From assembly GCF_036321535.1 (NCBI RefSeq), contig NC_087442.1, positions 13,144,001-13,208,000 on the forward strand: a stretch of DNA of 64,000 nucleotides, read 5' to 3'. Below, one piece after another: positions 49,630 to 60,734 of the stretch. The translations under genes were made by a program, and so were the position numbers. The stretch's first letter is position 1. Every line of letters begins with the position of its first letter. The stretch comes from Camelus dromedarius (Eukaryota). The notes beneath the pieces were generated by a model. That model did no database searches. It was not told the origin of the DNA and saw nothing but the letters and a program-made list of their open reading frames with translations.

Positions 49630-50960
49630 CTGGAGGGCGGCGGCGAGGGATGATCTCAAAGCTCAGGGTTAAGGAATTAGTTCTGGGGGCGGATGCTTTA
49701 GCGGTCCGCAGGTACCTGATCAGCGACAAAACAGGCCGCCGACTACGCAAGAGAGACGTGGGCTCTCCCGTCCCAGCCAAGTCAACACTGAATGCTCAAA
49801 CTCTCCCTTCTGCCTCCAGGCCCCGCCTGACCCCATTGGCAGCGGTTCCCGCCAATCCACTCGGTCGCCGCCCCCTAAGCCCGCCTGCCAAGCCTTGATT
49901 GGATGGGACGGGAGCCGGGACCTCGTGTTACCAATCTGGGAGCCCCTTACTCAGCCACACACATAAGCCCAGGTGCGCCCACGGAGCCCCTTCCCCTTGC
50001 CTTCCCAGTCCCTTCCCCCACCCCCAGNNNNNNNNNNNNNNNNNNNNNNNNNNNNNNNNNNNNNNNNNNNNNNNNNNNNNNNNNNNNNNNNNNNNNNNNN
50101 NNNNNNNNNNNNNNNNNNNNNNNNNNNNNNNNNNNNNNNNNNNNNNNNNNNNNNNNNNNNNNNNNNNGGGGGACAAGGGGAAGGGGTGGGGGAGGTGAGA
50201 CGCTGTCTCAGTTGCCGCCGCTGCCTCGAGGCGTGCGAAAAAGGAGCCGGAGGGATTGTAGGAGAGTCCGGGCTGCGCTCCTCACGACGACGCGTACGCG
50301 GAAGGCGGCAGCCCCCGAAAGCGACCCTCGTTCCCTCACTCTCCGTCGGGTTCCTGCGACAGAAGCGATACCAGCTAAGCAAGCTCTCGTCTCCTACACC
50401 ACCACCCGCCAGCAGACGTCAGCCCCCCCTCCAAGCTCTGACGCCGCTCGCCGCCACCGTCGCCGCGACGTGAGCGCGCACGCTCCTCGCGCTTAGTCGT
50501 TTCCCGCGGGGCTCCACCAACTGGCGTCCAACTGTATTTGCCCCGCCCTCCCCGCCCCGCCCCCCCCCCCCCGAGACGGGTTCCACCCTAACGGCTCTCA
50601 GGCGCGTGCACGCGGGTCTCTCCCGCCCCTACCCGCTAGATCTCGCGAGACTCAGCGAACGCCCGAACCCGATCCGCCCCGGGTGCCAAACCTCAAGCTC
50701 CAGGCTGCAGGTCTTCTAGGGCCGCGCCGCACTGTGCTGGCGAACCAGACCCAAGTTAGCCAATGTGCCAGAGGTTAGCCCGAGTCGAAAGTAAGTAGAG
50801 ATCCTGCCCGTCGTTTCCACTGAGGTTAGCAGTCTTAGCTAATCTGGGCGTATTCCTGACGAATACTTACTGACCAACGAAGTCGTTTTCAGGCGCCCGC
50901 CTGAAAATCGTGTAGACTCAACCTTTTTCTCACTGCTGCCCCACCCTCTGCAGGAGTCCG
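49630..50960 (-). promoter_or_regulatory. LUC7L2: LUC7L2 CpG-island promoter and 5'UTR
   Basis: High GC and CpG density, GC boxes near 50540-50570, TCTCGCGAGA at 50641-50650, CCAAT near 50760. Boundaries approximate. Confidence 0.85.
50028..50167 (-). other. LUC7L2: Assembly gap inferred to hide the LUC7L2 start codon, coding part of exon 1 and intron-1 donor
   Basis: The gap sits in the LUC7L2 CpG island between 5'UTR-like sequence (right) and G-rich intron-start-like sequence (left). No exon encoding the expected MSAQAQMRAMLDQLMGTSRD N-terminus is visible elsewhere. Position is inferred, not seen. Confidence 0.75.
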
Positions 50961-52423
50961 GAGATCTGGCAGCTGGGTCGTTTTCCTTAATCTATGCAGG
51001 GAGGCTTTAAGCCCCCCGAACTGGGATAGGTCAGGTTCAGGAAATAACGCCTGAAATTACTACACTAGGAAACAGGCCAAGGCCATCTAACCCATTCGGA
51101 TTTATCATCGTTACTTATGTAGCAAGAATCTGTTAGTCTAAATTGGAAACTAAAAATTAAGCAGTATTTTGAGAAAGGAAAGGAGGTAGTCTTGTGGAGA
51201 ATTTTGTTTCCTGCTTGAGAGCTAAATTTGAAGGATAAGGCCTTTTGAATATATTGACAACGAAAACGACAGCGTGTGGGTTCTTAGCTTGCCATCACCC
51301 TGCATTCAAAACGTAGGTCGACCGATTACTAACTGTGGGACCTTCAGCAATTTATTTCTTAATCGCACGTCTAATGGAGATAGGCATACAAACCTTATAG
51401 CACTGTTGTGAGGGCTAAAGGAGCTAACAGAAAATGCCTAGCGCAGAGTCTTCTGGTGTTTTAACTTCTTTAATGTAAACTTAATCCTCAAGATGAGATA
51501 TACTTTGAAAGGAAATAATGGTAAAATTTTATTTCATTGGGATTTTATATACATCACCTTGAAACTTACAACTTATTAGGAAGATCAATAAAAAAAAATG
51601 AACATGAAATAGTAATTGTTGTCCCCAGATCCCTTTGAATGCATATCTGGCCGATAAAAATCTTGGAATCACAGCAGTGTTTAGTAACTGACAAAAGAGC
51701 TTCCCTCCAGTTATTTAGAGAACTGAAAACTCACCTCCAAATACATGGAATATCATCCTTTGAAAACTATTTACAGTAAAAGAAAAATTACAAATTAATA
51801 TGTCCTAGAGGAGTGCAATGTTATATATACAATCTCCTTAGGAGGAAAATACACTAAAATGTTGAATATGTGTTAGTGAGGAGATTTTAATTTTTTTCTC
51901 TCTTCCTTTCTGGTTGCTTGCATTTTAGATGTATCTTATTTAAAAGAACATACAGTTGTGTTTTTTTTAATAACATTTTTAATAAGACTCACTCTTTTAA
52001 TTGAGGCATTTAATCATTTATATGTAATTATGTAAATAGGCTTAAAGCTCTTATTTTGTCTATTTGTTTCACCTGTTTTATGTTTAATTTTCTTTTGTCT
52101 TGCCTGCCTTTTAATAATTCCGTTGTTTCCCCTTCTAGTAGTTTGTAAATTTTAGTCTGTTTTTATTATTTTAGCAGTTACCCTATAAGTTATAACAGGC
52201 ATTTTTAACAGATCAAAGTCTATAATTTAATCAGTACCTTTATTCTTTCCCCAGGGAGATAATACAGAAAACCTAAAAAACTTAACTCCATTTAAGCTCT
52301 TCCCAAGTTATGTGCTCTTGTCATCATGTGTTTTAGCTCATGGTTTTACACTTCTTTGCTCTTCTTTCCTTCTCCCTTTCCAATTAGGATCATTTCCCTT
52401 TTGTCTGTGTTTAAACTTTAGGA

Positions 52424-52640
52424 CAGGAGTCAGCAATCTACAATCCACTCATCAAATCCAGGCCACTGCCTATTTTTGTGAGTAGTTTCATTGGAATACC
52501 GCCAGGCTCATTCATTTGCTATTGTTTATGGCTTCTTTTGCACTACAACAGCAGAGTTCAGTGGTTGTGGCAGATACCACACCCTGTGGCCTGCAAGACT
52601 GAAATATTTACTTTCTGGCTTTTTAGGGAAGTTTCAACGT
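52424..52640 (+). mobile_element. MER58-like MITE inserted in an antisense L1 fragment (about 51980-52800)
   Basis: CAGGAGTCAGCAATCTAC...CAAATCCAGGCCACTGCCTATTTTTG...GAAATATTTACTTTCTGGC. Confidence 0.8.
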
Positions 52641-53804
52641 TTGCATTTGTGTTGGTCTGCTAGTAAGGAAGTCTTCTATTTTTGTTGGTTTGAAAAGATC
52701 TTTATTTTGCCTTTCCTAATTCTAGATGAGTATTTCCCTTGGGCATAGAATTCTAAGTTGTAAGTTACTTTCTTTCGGCACATAGATTCTGTCATTCATT
52801 AACAGAATTAAAAGTTTGTTTTCTTTGTAAATTTTTTTTTAATTTTTAAAGTTTAGTAACACTTACCTGAAAAAACAAAAACCTCTGTGAATATGTGTAA
52901 GTGTACATTCTAGCAATGATATCCATTCCTTAAGGAATAAGGTCTCATAAGGAAACAGGAACTTACATAAAAGTAGGGTTAAATCTATACATGCAAGAAA
53001 CTAGGTAATTAAAAATTAGAATAGGTACAAGTAACATAACATTTTGCTAGTCATCCAGAGCAGACAACTATTCATCTTACTGTAATTAATAAACTAAATA
53101 TAGTAAATAATTAAAGACTATACAGTAAAGTTTTGTATTACAGTTATTCTTGGGGCATCAGTGCATACCTACTATCAAATTTTATAAACAGGATTCCTGT
53201 TAATTTAAATGTAGATCAAAAAATTCAAATTCTGTGTAAATTATTTATCTTTTAGTTAGGTGAATTAAAAATTTATGTTACAAACAGAATGTGCCTTGGA
53301 TTAGCCTGCCTTTAGTTCACAACCTCACAGCCTTCTTCCTCCCACCACACACATTATCTTATATGTGAACCTTTTGTTCTTATCATTATGTTCATATTTG
53401 TATCTATAACAGTTACCCAGACAGGGGACAAGCAAAGTACTAATAACTCAATACTTTAGAGCCGGAAACAATTCTAGTTAAAATGCATAAACATTTGAAG
53501 TTTATGGAGAAGAGAAATAGCAAGAGCCAAACCTGAACTGAGTGAACTAGTTGACTGGTCTTTAAAACAGGGGAATTAAAAGCAATAAGCATCTATAAAC
53601 CAAGCCAAGAGAAAAGGAAGGAATGGTTAATAGTGTCAAAAACGCTCCCTAGAGATCAGCAAGATAAGGAATAAACCATTGGGTTTAGTGGCCTGAAGAT
53701 CACTTGTAAACTTGCAAGGCAGTTCTAGTTAAGAGGGAGAAACCAGACTGCAGTGGATTGAGAATGAGTGGCAGTGAAAAATGCAGTAGATGTATACATG
53801 AAAC

Positions 53805-54125
53805 AAAATGGATTATGACCTCAAAATCACTATGCTGAGCAAAAGAAACCAACTCAAAAGAGTACATACTGTATGACTGCATTTGGATGAAATACTTGAA
53901 CAGGCCAAACTAATCTATGGTGACAGCAAGCAGGTCAGTGATTGCTGGGGACCAGGTGTGGGAAAGGGAAGTTGTCTGCAAAGGATCACAAGGGGACTTT
54001 GTGGGGCAATGAAAATGTTCTGTAGCTTTATCGGGGTGGTTATTACACAGGTGCATTCATTTGTCATTATTCATTGACCTGTATAATTATATATAAATTA
54101 TACCTCAATACAACTTATTTAAGTT
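53805..54125 (+). mobile_element. L1M 3' end nested in an L2
   Basis: GCTGAGCAAAAGAAACCAACTCAAAAGAGTACATACTGTATGA...AAATTATACCTCAATA. Confidence 0.75.
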
Positions 54126-54237
54126 CAAAAAAATGTAGAAAATGAAAACAACTCATTGAATACATTTATTCAGTTTGTTTGTGAAGAGGAACAAGAGAAG
54201 ATAGTAGCTGAAAAGGTACGTGAATTAAAGCCGAGTA

Positions 54238-54448
54238 CAGCTGACCCTGAACAGTGTGTGCACAGCACTGGTCCACTTACACCGGGATCTTTTCAATAGT
54301 AAAACACTGCAGTGCTACCCTACCTGCAGTTGGTTGAATCCGCAGATGCAGAACCATGGAGGGAGGGCCAACTGTAAGTTATACTCGGGAGTTTTGACTG
54401 TGCAGAGGGTCGGTGCCCCTAATCCCCTGAATTGTTCAAGGTCAACTA
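54238..54448 (+). mobile_element. Tigger2a-like (TcMar-Tigger) MITE
   Basis: TIRs CAGCTGACCCTGAACA and TGTTCAAGGTCAACTA, each with flanking TA. Confidence 0.75.
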
Positions 54449-55164
54449 TAGTTGTTTTTAAGTGGGAGACCCTCGAGCACATTTAAATGCTGATAGAATT
54501 CAGTGAGAGGAAGCAGCTGAAGTTAAAAGGACAGCAGGTCAGAGACAGCAAGTGAAGGAATGTGATAAAGCATGTACCACATCAAAACGTGGAGTAGTGA
54601 GTCAACACAGGGCCAAAACCTCAGGATCCCCTAGTTCTAGGACATTCCCAGTACAGAAAGTTTATCGCTAGTACAGTTCGTGTTCCAGAATCAGTTCCTT
54701 CTATTCCTAACATTGAGTTCAGCTAATTCTGGATGGTAAGACCATTGATAAGAGGTACAGGTTGATTATATATGGACAGAAATGGCCTGAGTGAATGACT
54801 TAAACTAGGAAATAACTTGTCTATATTTCAGAAGACTGGTGACAGCAGGCCTTAGGGAAGGATTCGTGATGAAAGAACACATGTGTGACTTAAAATGAAA
54901 ACAAGATTTTCCTTTTGTCAGGCACTTATGTACTGTGCAACTCTTTTATGTGAACATTATTCTCATTTATTACAGCCACCTTGTTGGCATTCTTATCCTG
55001 TGGAAGCGGGAGAAGGTCAGGTCACCTAACCTGCCTAAGAACACACAGGTGGAAAATTGTAAAGGTGGGATTAAAGCCTAGGCCTAGATGACTTCAAACC
55101 CATAATAAATATTTCTTACCCTGTTAGGCAATTCTGCCTCAAATCTCTTTCTTTAAAAAATGTT

Positions 55165-55350
55165 ATTTATTGATAAACAAGTTTATACTGTATAGCACAG
55201 GTAACTATATTCAGTATCTTGTAGTAACTTACGGTGTAAAAGAATATGAAAACAAATATATGTATATGTTTCATGTATGACTGAAGCATTGTGCTGGACG
55301 CCAGAAATTGACACAATATTGTAAACTGACTATACTTCAATAAAAATATA
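55165..55350 (+). mobile_element. L1 3' end (artiodactyl-type)
   Basis: ACTGTATAGCACAGGTAACTATATTCAGTATCTTGTAGTAAC...TGTAAACTGACTATACTTCAATAAAA. Confidence 0.8.
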
Positions 55351-55687
55351 TGCACCAAAGTTATTCATTGTATATACAATATTTTGACAAAAGTAATAAA
55401 AACATCAGTCTATCCTAATTCTTTTGCTTTCTTCATCTTAGCAAAGTAAAACATTTTTGGATAATAAACCTATGACCATGAAACAAAGCAGGGGGAAAAT
55501 CTTAAACATTACTATTTTTTTTAATCTGTTCAGTTGAGAAATGCTTGGTTTGACTTATTAATACTATTATTTTAATGTTAATCTCTTAGAAGAAACAGAT
55601 GATGTTTTGAAATGCTTTATGAATATTTCTGTTCAGATTGTATTCCTCCTAGTGAGTAGAACTGAACCTTGCATTCAAAACACTGAT

Positions 55688-55808
55688 TGAGGAGGACGGT
55701 ATAGCTCAGTGGTAGAGTGCGTGCCTAGCATGCACGAAGCCCTGGGCTCAATCCCCAGTACCTCCATTAATAAATAAGTAAACCTAATTAATGCTCCCCT
55801 TAAAAAAA
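55688..55808 (+). mobile_element. tRNA-Ala-derived SINE, long form
   Basis: Head GGTATAGCTCAGTGGTAGAGTGCG. TSD AAAACACTGA at 55677-55686 and 55809-55818. Confidence 0.9.
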
Positions 55809-56859
55809 AAAACACTGAGTAACTGTCTGTGTAAGTCACTGTGGAAGGTGCCTTGTAAACAAAAATGAATGAGACATGGTCCTTACTCTAAAGGAGCTGC
55901 AGTCCAAGGGAAAAGAGAGATGTCTATAGTCATAATACCTGGAGAAACTAACATATAATATACTACCACAGATAAAGAACTACTGGTAGTTCACAGAGAA
56001 TTTTCATTTGAGGAATTCAAGACATTAGAGGCAAGGGGACCATTTAGAAGTCTAGCTTATGAATGCAGCCAAAACACTACCGGCGCTTAAACTAGGACAG
56101 ATGCAGTGATGCTAACAGTTCTTGCAGAAGCAGAACTTACTGACTGGATGTGGAGGGTGAGGAGGAGAAATACAGAATGAAGCCCAAGTTCTTGATGGGC
56201 AGCCAAATGCATGGTGGAGCCCTTCACCCTGATAGAGAATTTAAGAGGAAGAGCAATTTGACTAGGAGGGCAGAAGGCAGAAGTCAGTGTGCTCACTCCA
56301 TCTTCCCTCTCGGGCTTCCTGCAGCCTGTAGTTGACGGTGGCCATGACCTAAGGGTCTGCTCTGTCCGGCCAAAGGGAGATAACAGTGCCCACTGTTGCT
56401 AGCCCATCTTGCTGACCTTAATTCAACCCACATCTTTATATATCCCTTCACTAACTCACTCTCCTCAGTAACCCTAGTTGAGTGTGCCATCTGTTTTCTA
56501 CCAGGACCATAACATCATATTTGTGTATTTTTTAATAAAAGTCTATCTGTATAATTGTTTATGCATAGGAAACATCTGGAAAGATGCCCACCTAATTGCT
56601 AGTAATTGTTACCACCTGATAACGGGGTTGGGAGGGGCAAGGGAAAAGATAAGAGGGCTTTACGTTATGTACCTATATACCATGTGAATTCCTTACCAAT
56701 AGGGTGTTATTACTTTTAAAATAAAAATAGGGTTTTTTTTTTAACTAAATCAAGAACATCAGCCTAGTGTAAGAACGTCAGTAAATTCACTGAGTAAAGA
56801 TGAAACCTAAGAAACAGTCAACAAAATTACAAAGAAAACCCCTAAACTTTAAAAAAGAA

Positions 56860-56865
56860 TTTAAT
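56860..56865 (-). terminator. FMC1: Probable FMC1 polyadenylation signal ATTAAA
   Basis: ATTAAA about 70 nt after the stop codon, followed by a U/GU-rich downstream element (GGGGTTTTCTTTGTAATTTTGTTG). Confidence 0.7.
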
Positions 56866-56934
56866 GATAAATACATATCAAAAGAAACAATTAAATTCTT
56901 GTACGAAGGCAGCATCCAAGGAATCTCTCCATTT

Positions 56935-57138
56935 TCATGGCTCCCAGCCCTTCCCTCCAGGCTGCTGGGGCAACTTGAGACCCACTAAGCCAGCCGACTC
57001 CTCCACTGAGCGCTCACCCTTGCCATGAAATTCCTGATGAAGGGCCACGTGTGCTCGGATGCTCCGGAGGAGGCAGAGATAGGTGGCAGCCTGGAAATGA
57101 AGTTCATGCTGGGCTCTGCACAACTTCTCACTGGTGAC
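56935..57138 (-). CDS. FMC1: FMC1 (C7orf55) exon 2 CDS, 67 aa plus stop
   Basis: CTTCTCTAG acceptor. Encodes VTSEKLCRAQHELHFQAATYLCLLRSIRAHVALHQEFHGKGERSVEESAGLVGLKLPQQPGGKGWEP*, TGA at 56937-56935. Confidence 0.97.
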   Translation of the reverse strand, partial: VTSEKLCRAQHELHFQAATYLCLLRSIRAHVALHQEFHGKGERSVEESAGLVGLKLPQQPGGKGWEP

Positions 57139-59965
57139 CTAGAGAAGTAGCAAGGTCAGATATTATACAGGCAATCTGTAATTGCTGATTAGGAAAGCTG
57201 GCCTCCAGTTAGTTGAAGAGGAATTTTACAAGGAGTTTCACTAAAGCATTTCATTAGGTGTCCTCCAATTTTAATACTGGAAAAAGTTCTCTCTTCTTTC
57301 AACACCCTTATTTAATGAATGAGGAAACTAAAGCCCAGAGAGAGGCTCCATGGTTGGTTAATGGCAGAGATGGGGAACTAGAATCAGGTCACTGATCATT
57401 AATGTTGCCTAAGGAATAAAATATAGAACTTTCTCCCCTTCAAACAAATGAAGGGCGGCTTTATTTTATGAGACTGTGGACTTAATGTGGCATATGCCTT
57501 TCATTTCAATGAAAATTAAAAACTTTATCTGAAAAATAGCTTTGTCCTCAGCAGTAACAAAATGAAGGTTTTATATATAAAGTAAAATGAATATGTTGAT
57601 ATTACTTAATTTTCCTTGCTCTCACAATTCACTTATTCATCTTAAAAATCTGTATTCTGATGACCTTAAGAAGCTGGAAACTCCATATCCATTCTGAAGT
57701 CCCTGGTGACTCCAAACCCTGTTTTTTTCCTTCATCATAATTAACTTCCAGATTAAGTAAATTAGTATACAGACTTAACTTGACAAGTTTTATATTCTGA
57801 GGTTGTGAGAAAGGGACAGGAAAGGTGAGACAGATATGTGTGCATAGCCTCAAGTAACTTAAGGAGCCTTATCCAAGTATGGATTAATCTCTGGGCACCA
57901 ATGCCTACATATGTCTTTCTTTGCCCTGTCTTTATTTGACTGTCTAGGTTTGGACTCTGAAAACTAGAAAGTGTGGTTTAAGATTTGCAGGTCATAAAAG
58001 TGAAAATGGCACTTACAAGCTGCTCAAAAATAGAATTCATCTGCTTTAATCAATTTAACTTTTTATAATTAAAAATTTGAGAGCACAACACTAATGTCAA
58101 ACAACAAAGGGTAACATTTCTATTATGTAAGTCTAAATTGTAAGTCTAAATTCTGTTAGCGTAGAACAGGAGATAACTTATCTTGACCCAGCAGAGCCTG
58201 AATCATGAGGACTCGGGAGAGCAGGGTCAGCAACATAACATAGTAAGTGAACCGCAATAGACCAAAAGAGATCTAATGAATTAGAAAACTGTATTTTCCC
58301 TAAGGAGAAAGGGGAGACTACTCCCTAACGGAATCCCTTAAATTTAGGGAAAGGAGAGAGGAAATGGGCATAGATGACTAGCAAGTTAGCTCTGAGCCAC
58401 TGAGCAAGAAATAAACACCATTCCCCACATCCTCATATGCATTCCACAGACTGGTGTTCCTGGAATTTGTACCATGAATTTCAGATGTTATTTCCAAGGA
58501 ATTCCAGAGCCATTACCAAGCTTCTCTCAAAAGCAATCATGTTGCTTTCATAAGGTACAGCTATAATCACTTCACCTGTAAAAACCTTATAGTGATCTCC
58601 CATTACAGTTACAATAAAGTAGAAATTCCTGCCTATCGAGTACCCCATCTTCCTCCACTTCACCCACCACACCCCCAGCCTTAACTGTTCTCAACTGGCA
58701 GCTCCTCTCAGCTCTGGGCTTTCAGTTGTGCAACTTCTTCACCTTGACCTCATCTTCCCCTCCCCCTATTTACTTGCTAAGTCAATTCATTCTTCAAGTC
58801 CCTGCTTATCGAAGGGCTACCCCTTCTGTATACCAGGACCCTTGCAGTCTGTTTACTTCTTTTGCACTTGTTTAACTGCTTGGTTAGTGTCCTCAGGTGG
58901 ATTGTAATCTTCTTAAGACAGGACCCATTTGGATCTTATTCGTCATTTTTAGCCAAGTTCCTAGAAGTCCCTAATATTGTGGCCTTTTACAAATTAGTTC
59001 AATTTTAGTTCTAACATTTTGCACTCTAACTTCCATGGCTTAGAAAATCAACAGTTAGGATGACGGTTCTCCCCTTTCCCACAATGCTCAAAGGACGGTA
59101 AATTTCCTTCCCTGAAGCCCAAGCTGACTCTCCAATTTATTATTTCTGAGATAGCCTACAACTTCTTTCCAAGCCAGATCCGTATCTCTAAAGGCAGCAA
59201 TTAAATGGAAGACTTATTTGGAACCAAGTAACCTAGATTCTATTCACATGCTTGTACAGATCAACTGTCCCCGAGCCTCAGTTGCCCCATTTGAAAAATG
59301 AAACTATCTTCCATCCGATCTTGTATAATTGGGGTATGGAGTGTGGATTTCACAAAGGAATTTTCCAAGGGTGGCCTACCATATGTTCATATTTATCCAC
59401 TACAGACGGTAAAACTATCTGGTCATATATCACGTTAATGTAAATGACAGTACAACCTCATTAGACGTTTCTAGTTCTGCTCTACAAGGCACCATTTTCT
59501 GAAGTGGCATAGAGGGTACAAAAGTAAACACTGTCCTACTCTTCAAGAAGCTCCTAGTATTCCTCTCTACATCAAAAATTACTTCTCAGAATACCTCTAC
59601 TAGGAGAAGGAGGGTGGTGGATAGATGCTGTGGCTAGTGACCCTACACTCTCCACCAAAACATCTTTTTTCTTGTCCCTTTCTATCATCTCCATTTTACT
59701 TTCCTCTGACTTTCCCTTCCGCACAGGGCCGAAGACAGCCAATGAAATCTTCAGGGACGGTTTTGCTCTCCCGCCGGTCCTCGGTTAGTTCCCGGGCTTA
59801 GGCGGTAGACCAGCGCATGGGGCCTGCTTGGCCGGAGCAGGGCCGGGTGGGAGGGTCGGCCTCAGAAACGAGCAGGAGGCCAGCGCACTCTACCGCCGCC
59901 CCGACCCCATTCTCCCTCCCGCCCCGGGAAAGGGACGCTAGAACGTCCCGACACGGGCTTCGTAC

Positions 59966-60103
59966 CCGATGTGCTCGGAAAGCCTTCACGAGGTACCGAT
60001 AGGCCGCAGTGTCGCGATAGGGTCGGCCAGTGGCCGCGTTCAAGTAGCGCAACTCCCGTAGAAGGCCTCGCCAGGTGCGCGCCGGCGACCCCAACGCCGC
60101 CAT
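59966..60103 (-). CDS. FMC1: FMC1 (C7orf55) exon 1 CDS, 46 aa; mitochondrial complex V assembly factor, LYR-like family
   Basis: ATG at 60103-60101 in GAAATGG context. Encodes MAALGSPARTWRGLLRELRYLNAATGRPYRDTAAYRYLVKAFRAHR, then CGG|GTACGA donor. With exon 2 this gives 113 aa. Confidence 0.97.
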
Positions 60104-60734
60104 TTCCCCGTCCTCCAAGCCTGGTGCGGGCCTGCGCCCTACGCCTCTCACTCCCTCACCCCCACCCCCCGCCCACCTGCTCCATAATACGGTGGGAACC
60201 AGACTGCCGGTTCCACCTATCAGCTGCAGGGCAGTGGGAGGTCTCACTTCCCTTCTCTGCGGAGCGTTGTTAATCGAACGCCGAGAGACGCCCTAAGGAG
60301 TTAAGGGAAAAGCAAACGAAAGCCAAGTGTAACCAAATTGCCTGGAGAACGGGCCGGGGGAGGGAAAAGGAGGTCCTTTTCTGACTGCGTCACTTCAGAC
60401 GCCATTAGCTGACTTCCCGCTGAGTCGCGAGAAAATTAAGGGCGTGTCAGAAGTTGATGTCGATTTGAAACAGAAAACTTTGAGGGTTGTTTTTGTTTTT
60501 GTTTTTTTAGGGGGAATATGAAAATTGACTTCCCAGAAATCTTAACAAGACCACGACTCAGAGGAAGTATTCTGACTCGCACACTGTAGCTCCAAGTATA
60601 GAAAAACTACACATACACTTCCCATCTTTGAAGAGGAAAATTAAGTTAGCCTATTTTGCTATAAATACTTAAGGAAAAAGGCAAACGTTCTATTTAAAGG
60701 TTTATTTAAACTTACTAAAAGGCAAAACGTCAAC

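Noticed and set aside
35541-50496. Long ORFs containing X runs (also 16758-17339)
   Set aside because: They stay open only because N gaps hide stops. The 16839..17339 one is L1 sequence.
59798-60247. 149-aa ORF as an extended FMC1
   Set aside because: It starts at a non-ATG codon upstream and runs through the exon-1 donor into the intron. The real CDS is 60103-59966 spliced to 57138.
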